62,212 bases of DNA from Deltaproteobacteria bacterium (GCA_031269485.1 JAISZC010000135.1:1-62212), one strand, 5' to 3'. Positions 43,556 to 53,701 are shown, counted from the first letter of the stretch. Notes: generated by a model not told the origin, from the sequence alone. Numbers and translations: made by a program.

Positions 43556-44473
43556 TCAGAAAGGCTCGTCGGGCCCGGCGGCCGGACAGCCCAGCGCGAT
43601 GCCTGCCGGGGTGACCAGGTCGGGCCGGTGGGCCACCCGGACCTTAAGGCCGGTTTCTCGGGCCACGATGGGGCCGGCCTGCGGGGCGGCGGAGCAGCCG
43701 CCGGCCAGGATCAGCTCCTTGACCACATGGCCGGCCAAGCCGGCCTTGAGAATGAGGCCCATCTTGGACAGCACGGGGGCCGTCACGGCGGCCACGACCG
43801 CCCGATTCTCCGGCGCGAGCTTGAAGGACTCGGCCGCCTCGAAGTCGAGGCGAAAGCGTCCGGCCAAGGTCAGCGTCAGATGATGCCCGCCCGTGGGCTC
43901 GTCGAAGGACTTGATCAGGCGGCCTCGGCGGAAAATCGCCGCGCCCGTGGTGCCGCCGCCGAGATCGGCCACCGCCCCGTCAATGAGGCCCAGCACCAGA
44001 TTGGCGGCCTCCGGCTCGTTCCAGACGGCCGTCGTCTCCAGGCCGGCCGCTTCGGCGACGTGACGGTGGGTGGCCGAATCGCGCTCGGAGGTGCCCGGCG
44101 GAACGGCCACGGCCGCGTGACGAAGCTTGACGCCCAGGCGGCTCTCAAGCGTGGCCTTGAGCGACGACGTGACGGACCTGGCGGCCTCGAAGTCCACCAC
44201 CAGCCCGTCGCGGACCGCCGAGGCCTCGCGGCGGGCCAAGCCTAGCGGCCGGCCCTCGGCGTCCAGCGCGACCAGCACGATGGAGTCCGTGCCCAGGTCG
44301 AGCCCCACGCGCAGCGCCTGCCCCGGCTGCGGCGGGACGGGGAGCGTGAGGCGGTCGGCGAGCTCGTCGAGAAAGGCGGCCGGGTCGGCGACGCTGGGCG
44401 GCCGGTCGACGAGGTCGGGGACCTCCCCGAAGGGCGGCTCGTCGCGGTCGGCCGCGCGTCCGGGGTCGGTCAC
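43556..44473 (-). CDS. eutJ: EutJ chaperone-like (actin/HSP70-fold ATPase)
   Basis: 305 aa with a GTG start and a GGAGGA SD. VGLDLGTDSIVLV, EPEAANL, DLGGGTTG and LAGG are typical of EutJ. Confidence 0.85.
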   Translation of the reverse strand: MTDPGRAADRDEPPFGEVPDLVDRPPSVADPAAFLDELADRLTLPVPPQPGQALRVGLDLGTDSIVLVALDAEGRPLGLARREASAVRDGLVVDFEAARSVTSSLKATLESRLGVKLRHAAVAVPPGTSERDSATHRHVAEAAGLETTAVWNEPEAANLVLGLIDGAVADLGGGTTGAAIFRRGRLIKSFDEPTGGHHLTLTLAGRFRLDFEAAESFKLAPENRAVVAAVTAPVLSKMGLILKAGLAGHVVKELILAGGCSAAPQAGPIVARETGLKVRVAHRPDLVTPAGIALGCPAAGPDEPF

Positions 44474-44493
44474 GCGTCCTCCGGCTGGTGCGC

Positions 44494-45015
<522 letters not shown>

Positions 45016-45074
45016 TCGAGCCGTCCTTGCGTTTAGCCGACGGCAATTCCCTCGCGGTCGCCGCGGTCATGAGC

Positions 45075-45377
45075 TCAGGCCTTGGGCGCGGTCTCCAAGG
45101 TCGGCAGGATGAACTCGACCTCCTGATGCGGCCTGGGGATGACGTGGACGCTCTTGAGCTCGCCGACCCGGCCGGCCGCGGCCGCGCCGGCGTCGGTGGC
45201 CGCCTTGACGGCCCCCACGTCGCCTCTGACCATGACGGTCACCAGGCCGCCCCCCACCAAGACCTTGCCGATGAGGGTCACGTTGGCGGCCTTGACCATG
45301 GCGTCGGCCGCCTCGATGGCCCCGACCAGGCCTTTGGTCTCTATCAAGCCCAAGGCTTGCTGATTGCCCGTTGCCAT
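45075..45377 (-). CDS. eutM: BMC-H shell protein (EutM/PduA type)
   Basis: 100 aa. It is nearly identical to the core of the downstream paralog at both the protein and DNA levels. Confidence 0.92.
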   Translation of the reverse strand: MATGNQQALGLIETKGLVGAIEAADAMVKAANVTLIGKVLVGGGLVTVMVRGDVGAVKAATDAGAAAAGRVGELKSVHVIPRPHQEVEFILPTLETAPKA

Positions 45378-45588
45378 TTCTTTCCTCCTTGAGGCCGCCT
45401 CGGGCGGCCTGGGCCTGGCGGCCCGTCACGCTAAGTTCAGTCCTCCGCGGCTTCCGTTCGGAGACCGGAGGGCGGTTGTCGCCTAGGAATAATCGCCGGC
45501 GCGTCGGCAAGCCGGCCCGGCGTCGACCCGACAAGGCGGCCCTGGCGCCGGCGAGGCCCGCAGGGCTCGGCCGTCGGGCCCGAGTCGG

Positions 45589-47058
45589 CTATGACAGCCG
45601 GGACAAGTCCAGCTTGGCCATGACACGGCGGACCAGCTCGTCGAACACGTCGGTCCGGTCGGCGAGCGGCTCGGCGACGGCCGGCCGCAGTTCCTCGATC
45701 TCCTTGAGGCCGTAGGCCACGCGTTTGACGTTGATGAGGTTCAGCGGGCCCACGTTGTCGGAGGTCGAGTTGCGGCCGATGGCCCCGCAGCCCAGAGTCA
45801 GCGACGGCTCCAGGGCCGAGGCCGCGCCGATGGCCGCCAAGGCGGCCGGGGCGTTGACCACGAGGCGCGAGACCGGCTTTTTGAGCCCGAACTCCCTGAT
45901 GACGGCCTCGTCTCGGGAATGGATGGCCATGGTGTGGCCGGCGCCTTCCAAAGAGAGGATCTCGATGCATTTCAGGCAGGCCTTTTCCCAGTTTTCCTCG
46001 ACAAAGAAGCCCAAGACCGGCATGAGCTTTTCGCGGGAATAGGGGAATTTCTCGCCCACTCTCGTCTCCTGGCCCAGCAGCACTCGCGCGTCGGCCGGCA
46101 CGGCCACCCCGGCCGCCTCGGCGATGTGCCGCGCCGAGCGGCCCACCAGCTTGGCGTTCATCGTGCCCCCGGGGCCCATGAGGATGCGCTCGACCCGCTC
46201 CGAGTCGCCCGGCGGCAGGAAGTGGCCGCCTTGGCGGGTCACCTCCGCCATGACCTCCCGGCGGATGGACGCCTCGGTGACGATGGACTGCTCCGAGGCG
46301 CAGATGGTGCCGTTGTCGAAGGTTTTCGAGTCGAAGATGCGCTTGACGGCCAGCGGGATGTCGGCGCTCTTTTCGATGTAGGCCGGTCCGTTGCCAGGTC
46401 CGACGCCGATGGCGGGCGTGCCGGAGCTGTAGGCCGCCTGGACCATGGCGTTGCCCCCGGTGGCCAGGATGAGGTTCATCCGAGGGTGGGTCATCAAGGC
46501 GCGCGTGGCCTCCTTGGTGGGCATGGTCAGCGACGACAGCAGATCGGCCGGCAGGCCGCGGGCGGCCAGAGCTCGCCTCAGGACGTCCACCGTCTCGAGG
46601 ATGCAGCCCCGGGCGCTGGGGTGGGGCGAGAAGATGACGGCGCAGCCGGCCTTAAGGGCGATGAGAGCTTTGAAGATGGTCGTCGACGTGGGATTGGTCG
46701 AGGGTATCAGGGCCGTCACCAGCCCCACCGGGACGCCCACCTCGAAGAAGCGCTTTTCCGGGACCTCGCGGATGACGCCCACGGTCTTCATCGGGCGGAT
46801 GTGATTGAGGACTTCGCGGGAGGCGAAGAGGTTCTTGACGACCTTGTCCTCCCAGCGTCCGAAGCCGGTCTCTTCGCGGGCCATCTTGGCCAGGCGGACG
46901 GCCTCGGCCTCGGCCGCCGCCGCCGCGGCCTCCACGGCCGCGTCGACGGCCCGCTGATCGAGCTGGCGGTAGATCTCTTGGGCCGCCAGGGCGGCCCGGA
47001 CCAAGTTTCTGGCCTCCTGGACGGACACCAGATCCCGGTCCCTGACGTCAACGGTCAT
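45589..47058 (-). CDS. eutE: CoA-acylating acetaldehyde dehydrogenase
   Basis: 489 aa (AGGAGCG SD). Aldehyde dehydrogenase fold of the EutE/PduP type (GVIREVPEK...ALIPSTNPTST..., catalytic-Cys region GTICASEQS). The C-terminal amphipathic tail is DVFDELVRRVMAKLDL. Confidence 0.88.
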   Translation of the reverse strand: MTVDVRDRDLVSVQEARNLVRAALAAQEIYRQLDQRAVDAAVEAAAAAAEAEAVRLAKMAREETGFGRWEDKVVKNLFASREVLNHIRPMKTVGVIREVPEKRFFEVGVPVGLVTALIPSTNPTSTTIFKALIALKAGCAVIFSPHPSARGCILETVDVLRRALAARGLPADLLSSLTMPTKEATRALMTHPRMNLILATGGNAMVQAAYSSGTPAIGVGPGNGPAYIEKSADIPLAVKRIFDSKTFDNGTICASEQSIVTEASIRREVMAEVTRQGGHFLPPGDSERVERILMGPGGTMNAKLVGRSARHIAEAAGVAVPADARVLLGQETRVGEKFPYSREKLMPVLGFFVEENWEKACLKCIEILSLEGAGHTMAIHSRDEAVIREFGLKKPVSRLVVNAPAALAAIGAASALEPSLTLGCGAIGRNSTSDNVGPLNLINVKRVAYGLKEIEELRPAVAEPLADRTDVFDELVRRVMAKLDLSRLS

Positions 47059-47136
47059 AAGTCGCGCTCCTGACGGAGCCGTCCGACGGGGTCGGCCGTG
47101 GGCCCGTCCCCAGGCCCACGGTCCTGACGGACGGGC

Positions 47137-47793
47137 TCAGTAGGCGGTCGGGTTGTCGGCCACGAACTCCACGGCCGCTCCGAAGGCGTCGCAGGCCGCC
47201 TTGCAGGCCGACTGGCTGCCGGTCAGCAGCCCGCCGCCGAAGTTGGTCTCCGAAGGCGGGCCGTAGAAGGCGGCCAGGCGGACGTCGGCGGCCTTCAGGG
47301 CCATGTCCAGCGCGTAGACGGCCTCCAGCGGCGGGGCGATGAGGTAGGCCAGCGAGTCGCCTTCCTTGACGTTGGCGGCCTTGGAAAGGTAGCTGCCGGA
47401 CCGCGAGATGCAATGGGCGTAGTATATGATGGTGTTGTCGTCGTTGGCCGAGACGAACCAGGCCTCGTTGTCGATGAAGGCTTTCAGGGCGTTGAGCCCG
47501 CTTCTGATCTCGGCCGGATTGGGTCCGGCCAGGACGCCCAGGATCTCGCCGGCCAGCTTGGTGTTGGCGTTGGCGGCCCCGCCGTAGAAGCTCTTGGCGT
47601 AGACGACCTCGACGTCGGCCATCTTGGTGGCTTCGTCGAGGGCGGTGTAGGTCACGTCGTCGCAGTCGGCCGTCACCAGGCCCAGGCTTTTGACGCCGGG
47701 CTTGAGACCAAGATCGCGGGCCAGCTCGGCGCTGACGTTGGGGATGATCTTGGCGGCCAGAATGGTGGTCTTTAGGGGATCGTGCTTTGCCAT
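47137..47793 (-). CDS. eutL: BMC-T shell protein EutL
   Basis: 218 aa (AGGAGAGG SD). Full-length resemblance to EutL (…LGLVTADCDDVTYTALDEATK…FYGPPSETNFGGGLLTG…). Confidence 0.9.
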   Translation of the reverse strand: MAKHDPLKTTILAAKIIPNVSAELARDLGLKPGVKSLGLVTADCDDVTYTALDEATKMADVEVVYAKSFYGGAANANTKLAGEILGVLAGPNPAEIRSGLNALKAFIDNEAWFVSANDDNTIIYYAHCISRSGSYLSKAANVKEGDSLAYLIAPPLEAVYALDMALKAADVRLAAFYGPPSETNFGGGLLTGSQSACKAACDAFGAAVEFVADNPTAY

Positions 47794-47856
47794 TGTGAGG
47801 CCTCTCCTGATGAGCCGGAAAACGGCGGGCCGCCCAAAGGGGCCCGGCCGAGGCGG

Positions 47857-48726
47857 CTAGAGCTTAAGATCGAGCCCGCTGGCCTTCTTCTCCAGCATGA
47901 GCTTGACGATGTCGGCCAGGTAGCTGCCGGCCTCCACGGCCGGGGTGCCGCCGCGGTGAATGTTCGAGACCACGGTTCTTTTGGCCTCCGGGATGTCGTG
48001 ATAGGCCTTGTAGCACAAGTAGGCCGACATGCTCTCGGCGGTCGCCAGACCAGGCCGCTCGCCTATGAGGCAGACCACCACCTCGGCGCCGACGATTTCG
48101 CTGACGTCGTCTTCGGAGCCCACCCGGCCGTACTGGACCAGGAAGGGCGGCGAGGTTTTCAGTCCCGAGGCCGCCAGGCCGTCGGTCATGGCCTTGAGGC
48201 AGTCGATGGCGTTGGCGGTCACCGCCGTCGTCGACAGCCCGTCGGCGATGAAGACGACGATTTTGGCGAGGGCGCCCACGTGAGCCTTGATCTTGGCCGC
48301 CGTCTCGGCGTCGAAGCGCCGGCCCAGATCGGGCCTGGTCAGGTAGACGTCCTTGGTGTCGCATTTGGTGCGAAACTGAGGCAAGTTGTGGCGGGCGATC
48401 CAGTCGGCTGGTATTTCGTTGAACACCGCGTCCATGGCCACGGCGTGATCGGCCCTGAACCTCAGCAAAGTGTCCGTCAGGTAGCGGGGCCCGGCGCGAC
48501 CGACGCCGATTCTGGCCGGCGTGATCTTCTTGACGGCCTTGAGGGCCTCGAGGTTGTGCGGCGAAGGCACGTTTATGACTTCTGAGAGATCGATCTCGGT
48601 GATGTCGGGCAAAATTTCCTCGGACCCGGCCGAGCGGACGGCCGCGGCCGCGACGGGCGGCGCCTGGCCGGCTAGGTCCTGCAATATTTCGGCGACGTAG
48701 CGTCTGATGTCGTTTTCGGAAACCAT
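47857..48726 (-). CDS. eutC: Ethanolamine ammonia-lyase small subunit
   Basis: 289 aa. TPARIGVGRAGPRY...FRADHA is typical of EutC. The N-terminal helix ENDIRRYVAEILQDL resembles the EutC encapsulation peptide. Confidence 0.9.
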   Translation of the reverse strand: MVSENDIRRYVAEILQDLAGQAPPVAAAAVRSAGSEEILPDITEIDLSEVINVPSPHNLEALKAVKKITPARIGVGRAGPRYLTDTLLRFRADHAVAMDAVFNEIPADWIARHNLPQFRTKCDTKDVYLTRPDLGRRFDAETAAKIKAHVGALAKIVVFIADGLSTTAVTANAIDCLKAMTDGLAASGLKTSPPFLVQYGRVGSEDDVSEIVGAEVVVCLIGERPGLATAESMSAYLCYKAYHDIPEAKRTVVSNIHRGGTPAVEAGSYLADIVKLMLEKKASGLDLKL

Positions 48727-48807
48727 CGTCCAACCCCCATGAGGTGTTGATTGTCGACGTTCGGCGCGGGCCCGGGCAAGCTCAGGCCGGCCGGCTCGTC
48801 CGGCGGC

Positions 48808-50172
48808 TCACAGAAACAGCGAGGCGTCGCCCGCCTTGGCCGTCAGGCGTCCCTTCTCGTCCATGAGCTCCCGCTTTTTCAGCCACTCGAAGAACTCCGG
48901 GGCGGGGGTCAGGCCCAGGATCTCCCGGAGGGCGGCGTCGTCGTGAAAGCTGGTGTCCTGATAGGCCAGCATGACGTCGTCGCCGACGGGCACGCCCATG
49001 TAATAATTGGCGCCGGCCATGGCCGCCAGCATGGTGGCCATTTCCTGATCGTCCTGGTTGATTTTGGTGTGATTGGTGTAGCAGGGGGCCATGCCCATGG
49101 GGATGCCCAGCAGCTTGCCCATGAAATGGTCCTCCAGGGTGGCCCGCAAGATTTGGCGGCCGTCGTAGAGGGTTTCCGGCCCGATGAAGCCCGAGACGTT
49201 GTTGAGCATGAAGGGCTTGAACACCCTGGCGAGGCCGTAGCAGCGAGCCTCGAGGGTCATCAGATCCACGCCGCCGTCGGCGTCGATGGACTGCTCGGAA
49301 CCCTGGCCGGTCTCGAAATAAAGCAGATTGGGGCCCGGGGCCTGGCCTAGGGTGTGGATGCAGTCGTAGGCCTCCCGGAGGATGGCCGCGTTGACGCCGA
49401 AGCCGTCGTTGGCCAGCTGGGTGCCGGCCAGGCTCTGAAATAGGCAGCAGGCGCGGGCGCCCTTTTCGACGGCCTGCATCTGGGTGGTCACGTGGGCCAG
49501 CACGCAGTTTTGGGTGGGGATCTCATGGCGCTGCATGAAATCCCACAGCGCGTCCAAAATGGCCTTGGTGTTGTCCACGGTGTCCTCGACGGGGTTGACG
49601 CCGAAGACGGCGTCGCCGGAGCCGTAGGAGACCCCCTCGGCCAAGGAGGCTATGATGCCCTTGAGGTCGTCCGCGGGGTGGTTGGGCTGGTTGCGGAACG
49701 ACAGCGTCCCGGGCAGGCCGATGGTGGTCGCGCACGTCGAGGGCACCTTGATCTTGGAGGCCGCGTAAACCAGATCCATGGCCGTCATGATCTTGGCCAC
49801 GGCGGCGGCGGCTTCGGCCTCCAGCCCGCGGGATATCCGCAAAATGTCCTCGCCGCCGGTCTCGTGCGACAGCAGCCAGTTTCTCAGCTCGCCCACGGTC
49901 CAGCCCTTGACGCGCCTGTATATGCCCAGGCTCAGGTCCTCCTTGAGGACCCGGGAAACTTCGTCCTTTTCAGGCGGCAGCACCGGGTTTTCGTAAATGT
50001 CCTCCAAGGTCGCCCTCGACAGGACCATGCGGGCGGCGGTGCGCTCGGTGACGGTGCTGGCGGCCCGGCCCAAAAGAACGTCGCCCGACTTTTCGTCGTT
50101 GGCCTTGGCCAGCACGTCGGTCAAGTTTTTGAACGCATAGACCTGTCCGGCCATTTTGGTCTTCAAAATCAC
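48808..50172 (-). CDS. eutB: Ethanolamine ammonia-lyase large subunit
   Basis: 454 aa from GTG 50172, with GGAGG 5 nt upstream. (V)ILKTKMAGQVYAFKNLTDVLAKANDEKSGDVLLG aligns with the EutB N-terminus. The upstream 49 codons of the track ORF were discarded. Confidence 0.92.
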   Translation of the reverse strand: MILKTKMAGQVYAFKNLTDVLAKANDEKSGDVLLGRAASTVTERTAARMVLSRATLEDIYENPVLPPEKDEVSRVLKEDLSLGIYRRVKGWTVGELRNWLLSHETGGEDILRISRGLEAEAAAAVAKIMTAMDLVYAASKIKVPSTCATTIGLPGTLSFRNQPNHPADDLKGIIASLAEGVSYGSGDAVFGVNPVEDTVDNTKAILDALWDFMQRHEIPTQNCVLAHVTTQMQAVEKGARACCLFQSLAGTQLANDGFGVNAAILREAYDCIHTLGQAPGPNLLYFETGQGSEQSIDADGGVDLMTLEARCYGLARVFKPFMLNNVSGFIGPETLYDGRQILRATLEDHFMGKLLGIPMGMAPCYTNHTKINQDDQEMATMLAAMAGANYYMGVPVGDDVMLAYQDTSFHDDAALREILGLTPAPEFFEWLKKRELMDEKGRLTAKAGDASLFL

Positions 50173-50520
50173 GGCTACCTCCAAGATGCGCCGCCGAGGG
50201 CGGCCGGCTCTCGCCGAAAGCCCGCCGGAGGGCGAGCGGCCGGCGGCGCGGCTCGTGAGGGAAGCCGCGGCCGGCCTAAGAAGCCGACGACGGGCCGCGT
50301 CCGCCCTCGTCGGCTTCAAGCTCGAGCTTAAGTTTGAGATCCTTGGGCTTGCGGTTCCAATTTAAAGGCTCCAATCTTGATTTGGCGAACCCCGCCGCGG
50401 CAAGGTTCAACTCTCCGCCGCTGGCGGCGGCCGGCCTTTGGCGCCGGCCGGCGGCTCGCGCGTCCGAGTCCGAGTCCGACTGGCCGTCGAGCCCGGGGCG
50501 GGCTTTTCGAGGCCGGCCGC

Positions 50521-51009
50521 CTAAGGTTCGAGGGGGGCGGCGCGCAAGCTGCGCCGCAGCTGCCCGTCGGCCGACTGCAAAAGGCAGGCGCGCAGCTCGT
50601 CGAGGCCTTGGCCGGTCACGCTCGACACCTTGAATATCCGCTCCGCTCCGGCCGTCGTCAAGGAATGGACGGCCCGGTCGAGCGAGACCGAGTCGGCGAT
50701 GTCCGTCTTGGTGACCACGCCGATCACCGGCGCCTTGAGGGCCAGGCTTAGCTTGACCGGCAGCCAGATCGCGCGGCGTCCGTCCATGACCATCAGGATG
50801 GCCGACGCCCGCGAGGAGTTTAGAATCAGGGCGTTGTAAAACCGCGGAATGGACAGCATCTCGCCGGGCGTGTCGATGGACTGGCCGGCGTAGTACGTCA
50901 GGGCCTGGGTTTTGGACACGTCGTTCGGACCGAGCCCCAGGGCCGCCAGAAGCGAGGTCTTGCCGGCGGCCACCGGGCCGATGACCATGAGCGGGCCTGA
51001 GCGGACCAA
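50521..51009 (-). CDS. eutP: EutP/PduV-family small GTPase
   Basis: 162 aa from TTG 51009; the alternative ATG at 50988 gives MVIGPVAAGKTSLL. P-loop GPVAAGKT, DTPGE and VVTKTD (NKxD-like) are present. Confidence 0.82.
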   Translation of the reverse strand: MVRSGPLMVIGPVAAGKTSLLAALGLGPNDVSKTQALTYYAGQSIDTPGEMLSIPRFYNALILNSSRASAILMVMDGRRAIWLPVKLSLALKAPVIGVVTKTDIADSVSLDRAVHSLTTAGAERIFKVSSVTGQGLDELRACLLQSADGQLRRSLRAAPLEP

Positions 51010-51019
51010 GAAGCCGCCC

Positions 51020-51358
51020 CTAGGTCCGCGTGACGGGCGCCGGATCGAAGCTCAGCACGTCGACGAGGGCCGCGATGGCGCCGCGCAGGGCGCTGTCGAC
51101 CGAAGCCACGTCGCCGGTGAAGATCAGGCAGCCGGTGAAACGGTCGACGAATTCGAGCTTGACGTCCCCGGCCTTGTCGGCGGCGTCGGCGGCTATGATG
51201 GCCCCCTCGCCCGGCGTGACGGTCATCAGGCCGATGGCGCCGCGCGGCTCGACTCCGATCTGGCGGCACAGCTCGGCGCTGGGATTGGCGATCATATGGG
51301 CCAAGGTGGCCTGCTTGCCCGGAACGTACTCGTGTATTTGCCGCGGCTTCACCGTCAT
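51020..51358 (-). CDS. eutS: Circularly permuted BMC shell protein EutS/PduU
   Basis: 112 aa. RQIHEYVPGKQATLAHMIANP...IGLMTVTPGEGAIIAADAADKAGDV is typical of EutS. Confidence 0.85.
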   Translation of the reverse strand: MTVKPRQIHEYVPGKQATLAHMIANPSAELCRQIGVEPRGAIGLMTVTPGEGAIIAADAADKAGDVKLEFVDRFTGCLIFTGDVASVDSALRGAIAALVDVLSFDPAPVTRT

Positions 51359-51837
51359 GGCGCGTCGGGAGCTCCCGCCAGCCGGCCGCCGGGAGGCCGG
51401 CGCGCGGCGGCCGCGAGGCCGGCGTGACGCCGCCGAGTCGACGCGCGAAGGAGCGCCAGGCGGCGGCCTGGAAAAAAATGGCCCGGTTGGGGGCGGCGGT
51501 TCGACGAGCGGCGGCGAATGGTCATGAACGTCAGCTTAACGCATTTCGTCGAATTTGGCAAACCTTTTTGGGGCTTTTTTCGGGCCGGGAGGCCCGCGAG
51601 GCCGAAAAGGGGCGGAAACAGCCCGAAACTGACGGCCTCCGCGGCCGCCCGAGCCAGGCTAACTGAGCTAAATAATTGGATTTTTTGCGGACAAAAATTT
51701 TTTTTCCAGATTCGCGATTTTCCCGGTCCGAAGCCGAAAATAAAGGTCGGCCGGCCGGCGGCGGCCTGGGCCCACAAGGGGTCAATAGCTTGAATTAATT
51801 GATTAAAACTGCAAATTCCCCCCGCCTCGTTTTTCCC

Positions 51838-51866
51838 TTGACTTGAGTCGGACGAAAGAGTAGTAT
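51838..51866 (+). promoter_or_regulatory. Sigma70 promoter (TTGACT-N17-TAGTAT) for the mttB module, divergent from eutS
   Basis: -35 at 51838-51843 and -10 at 51861-51866, in an AT-rich spacer. This implies a leader of about 315 nt before ATG 52187. Confidence 0.5.
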
Positions 51867-52186
51867 CGCAATAAATGGTAATGTAGTTAAATGCACAAAA
51901 AAACCAAAGTCGTATAGATGACTGCGTCCCGCCGGTCGCCGTCAAGCTGGCCGAACGGCGTCAGGCCGCCGCCGGTCGGACGCTGTCCGGCGGGTCGGTT
52001 CCTCTTTTTTTTGATGGCCGCGGCCGGGCATGGCCGGGCCTGGGGCCGGCGGCTCAGGTCCAGAGCCCGAAAAGGCCGCCTGAAAAATAAGGAAGCCGGT
52101 CATCAGCACTCTCGGGCGGCCTGCAAGGCGACGGCCCGATTACTCCCGCGTCACCTCACGACGCGGGCTTCCTCGGGGGATTACGT

Positions 52187-53701
52187 ATGAAGAGAGCCGT
52201 GCAAACGGGCATGCTGCTGCAGCGAGGCTGCGGGCTGACCCTGCTGACGCCGGACGAGGTCAAGGAAACCCATTACGCGGGCTTGGAAATTTTGGCCAAG
52301 ACCGGCGTGTTCGTCGATTCCGACGAAGCCCTGGAAATTTTTCACTCGATCGGCTGCGTCGTCGACAAATCGAGCAAGAGGGTCAGGATCCCGGCCCATC
52401 TCGTGGAAGCCGCCTTGGAAAGCGCCCCGTCGCAGTTCATCGTCAGGGGACGCGATCCGCAAAAGGCCTTGCGCGTCGGCGGCAAAAGGGTCAGCTTCAC
52501 CCCCTTCGGCGAAGGCGTCAGGGTCAACGATCCTTACACTGGAGAGCAGCGCGATTCCAAAAAAATCGACTTGGCCGCCATCACCCGGCTGTCGGACTGG
52601 ATCGACGAATTCGACATCATTCATCGGGCCGTGGCCTCCCAAGACGTCCATCCCGAGTCCTATCCCCTCCACAATTTCGAGGCCATGGTCCACAACACCG
52701 TCAAGCCCATCTCCTTGGGCGGCGGCAACGGCTATCTGGTCGACAAGATGATCCAGCTGGCCGCCATGGTCAGAGGCGACAAGGACTCGCTGAGCCTCGA
52801 GCCGCTGATGGTCATCAGCACCTGTCCGGTCAGCCCCTTGAGGCTGGTCAGCGAGTGCTGCGAGATCGCCATCCACGGCGCCCGCCACCGCATCCCGGTG
52901 CGCTTCACCACCATGGCCCTGTCGGGCAGCACCAGCCCCATCACCATGGTCGGCACCATGGCCGTCCAGAACGCCGAGTTCATGGCCTGCGCGACCTTGA
53001 GCCAGGCCGTCAGCAAGGGCGCGCCCATCTTCCGCAGCGGCACCTCCACCCAGCTCGACATGAAGAAGGGCGACGCCTCCGTCGGCTCGCCGGAGATGGC
53101 CATGATGGCGGCCATGAACGCCCAAATCGCCCAGTTCCACGGCGTGCCCTCCTGGACCGGCGGCACGTAGACGGACAGCAAGATTCCCGGCGGCGCCCAG
53201 GCCGGCCACGAAAAAACTCTCACCGCCCTCCTGGCCGGCTTGGCAGGGTCCAACGTCATCTACGGGGCGGGCATGCTTGAATGCGGAATGACGGTCGACT
53301 ACGGGCAGCTGCTTTTGGACTCCGACATGCTCCAGATGGTCCTCTTCCTTCTTCGAGGCGAAGAAGTCAACGAGGAAAACCTGGACCTCGAGGAAATCCA
53401 CGAAATAGGGCCCCACGGCAACTACATGATGAGCAAGCTCACCAGAAAGTTCATGCGGGCCCAGAGCCGGCCCAAATTTTTCGACCGCATGAACATGGAG
53501 GCCTGGAAGAAGGTCGGCAGCCCCGACTGCTACCAGGTCGCTCTGGACAAGGCCAAGGATCTGCTGGTCAACCACAAGGTCGAGCCTTTGAGCGACAAGG
53601 TGGCCAAGGACATCCGGGAGTTCATCGTCGAGGCCGAAAAGGAGCTGGGCGTGCCCAGCAAGAACCCCGACTACGATCCGACCAAGGGGTCCTTGGCCTG
53701 A
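52187..53701 (+). CDS. mttB: Trimethylamine:corrinoid methyltransferase MttB with an in-frame TAG (putative pyrrolysine) at 53168-53170
   Basis: Track ORFs 52187..53170 and 53240..53701 share one frame and are separated only by the TAG. Both halves are MttB-family. Readthrough gives ...HGVPSWTGGT-(TAG)-TDSKIPGGAQAGHEK..., 504 codons in total. GGGGGA SD before the ATG. Confidence 0.7.

Noticed and set aside
50173-51830. A second cobalamin riboswitch or ANTAR sites in the eut leader and in the eutP-eutB gap
   Set aside because: Read on the minus strand, neither region contains the GGUGAAA..CC/CUGUAA core, a B12 box or paired hexaloop hairpins. No ANTAR regulator gene is present.
52187-53701. 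Calling the interrupted mttB a plain pseudogene
   Set aside because: This is not fully excluded, but it is disfavoured. There is a single TAG and no frameshifts, both halves are fully conserved, and the TAG aligns to a sense codon of the paralog at the position expected for pyrrolysine. It is kept as a CDS with a caveat.
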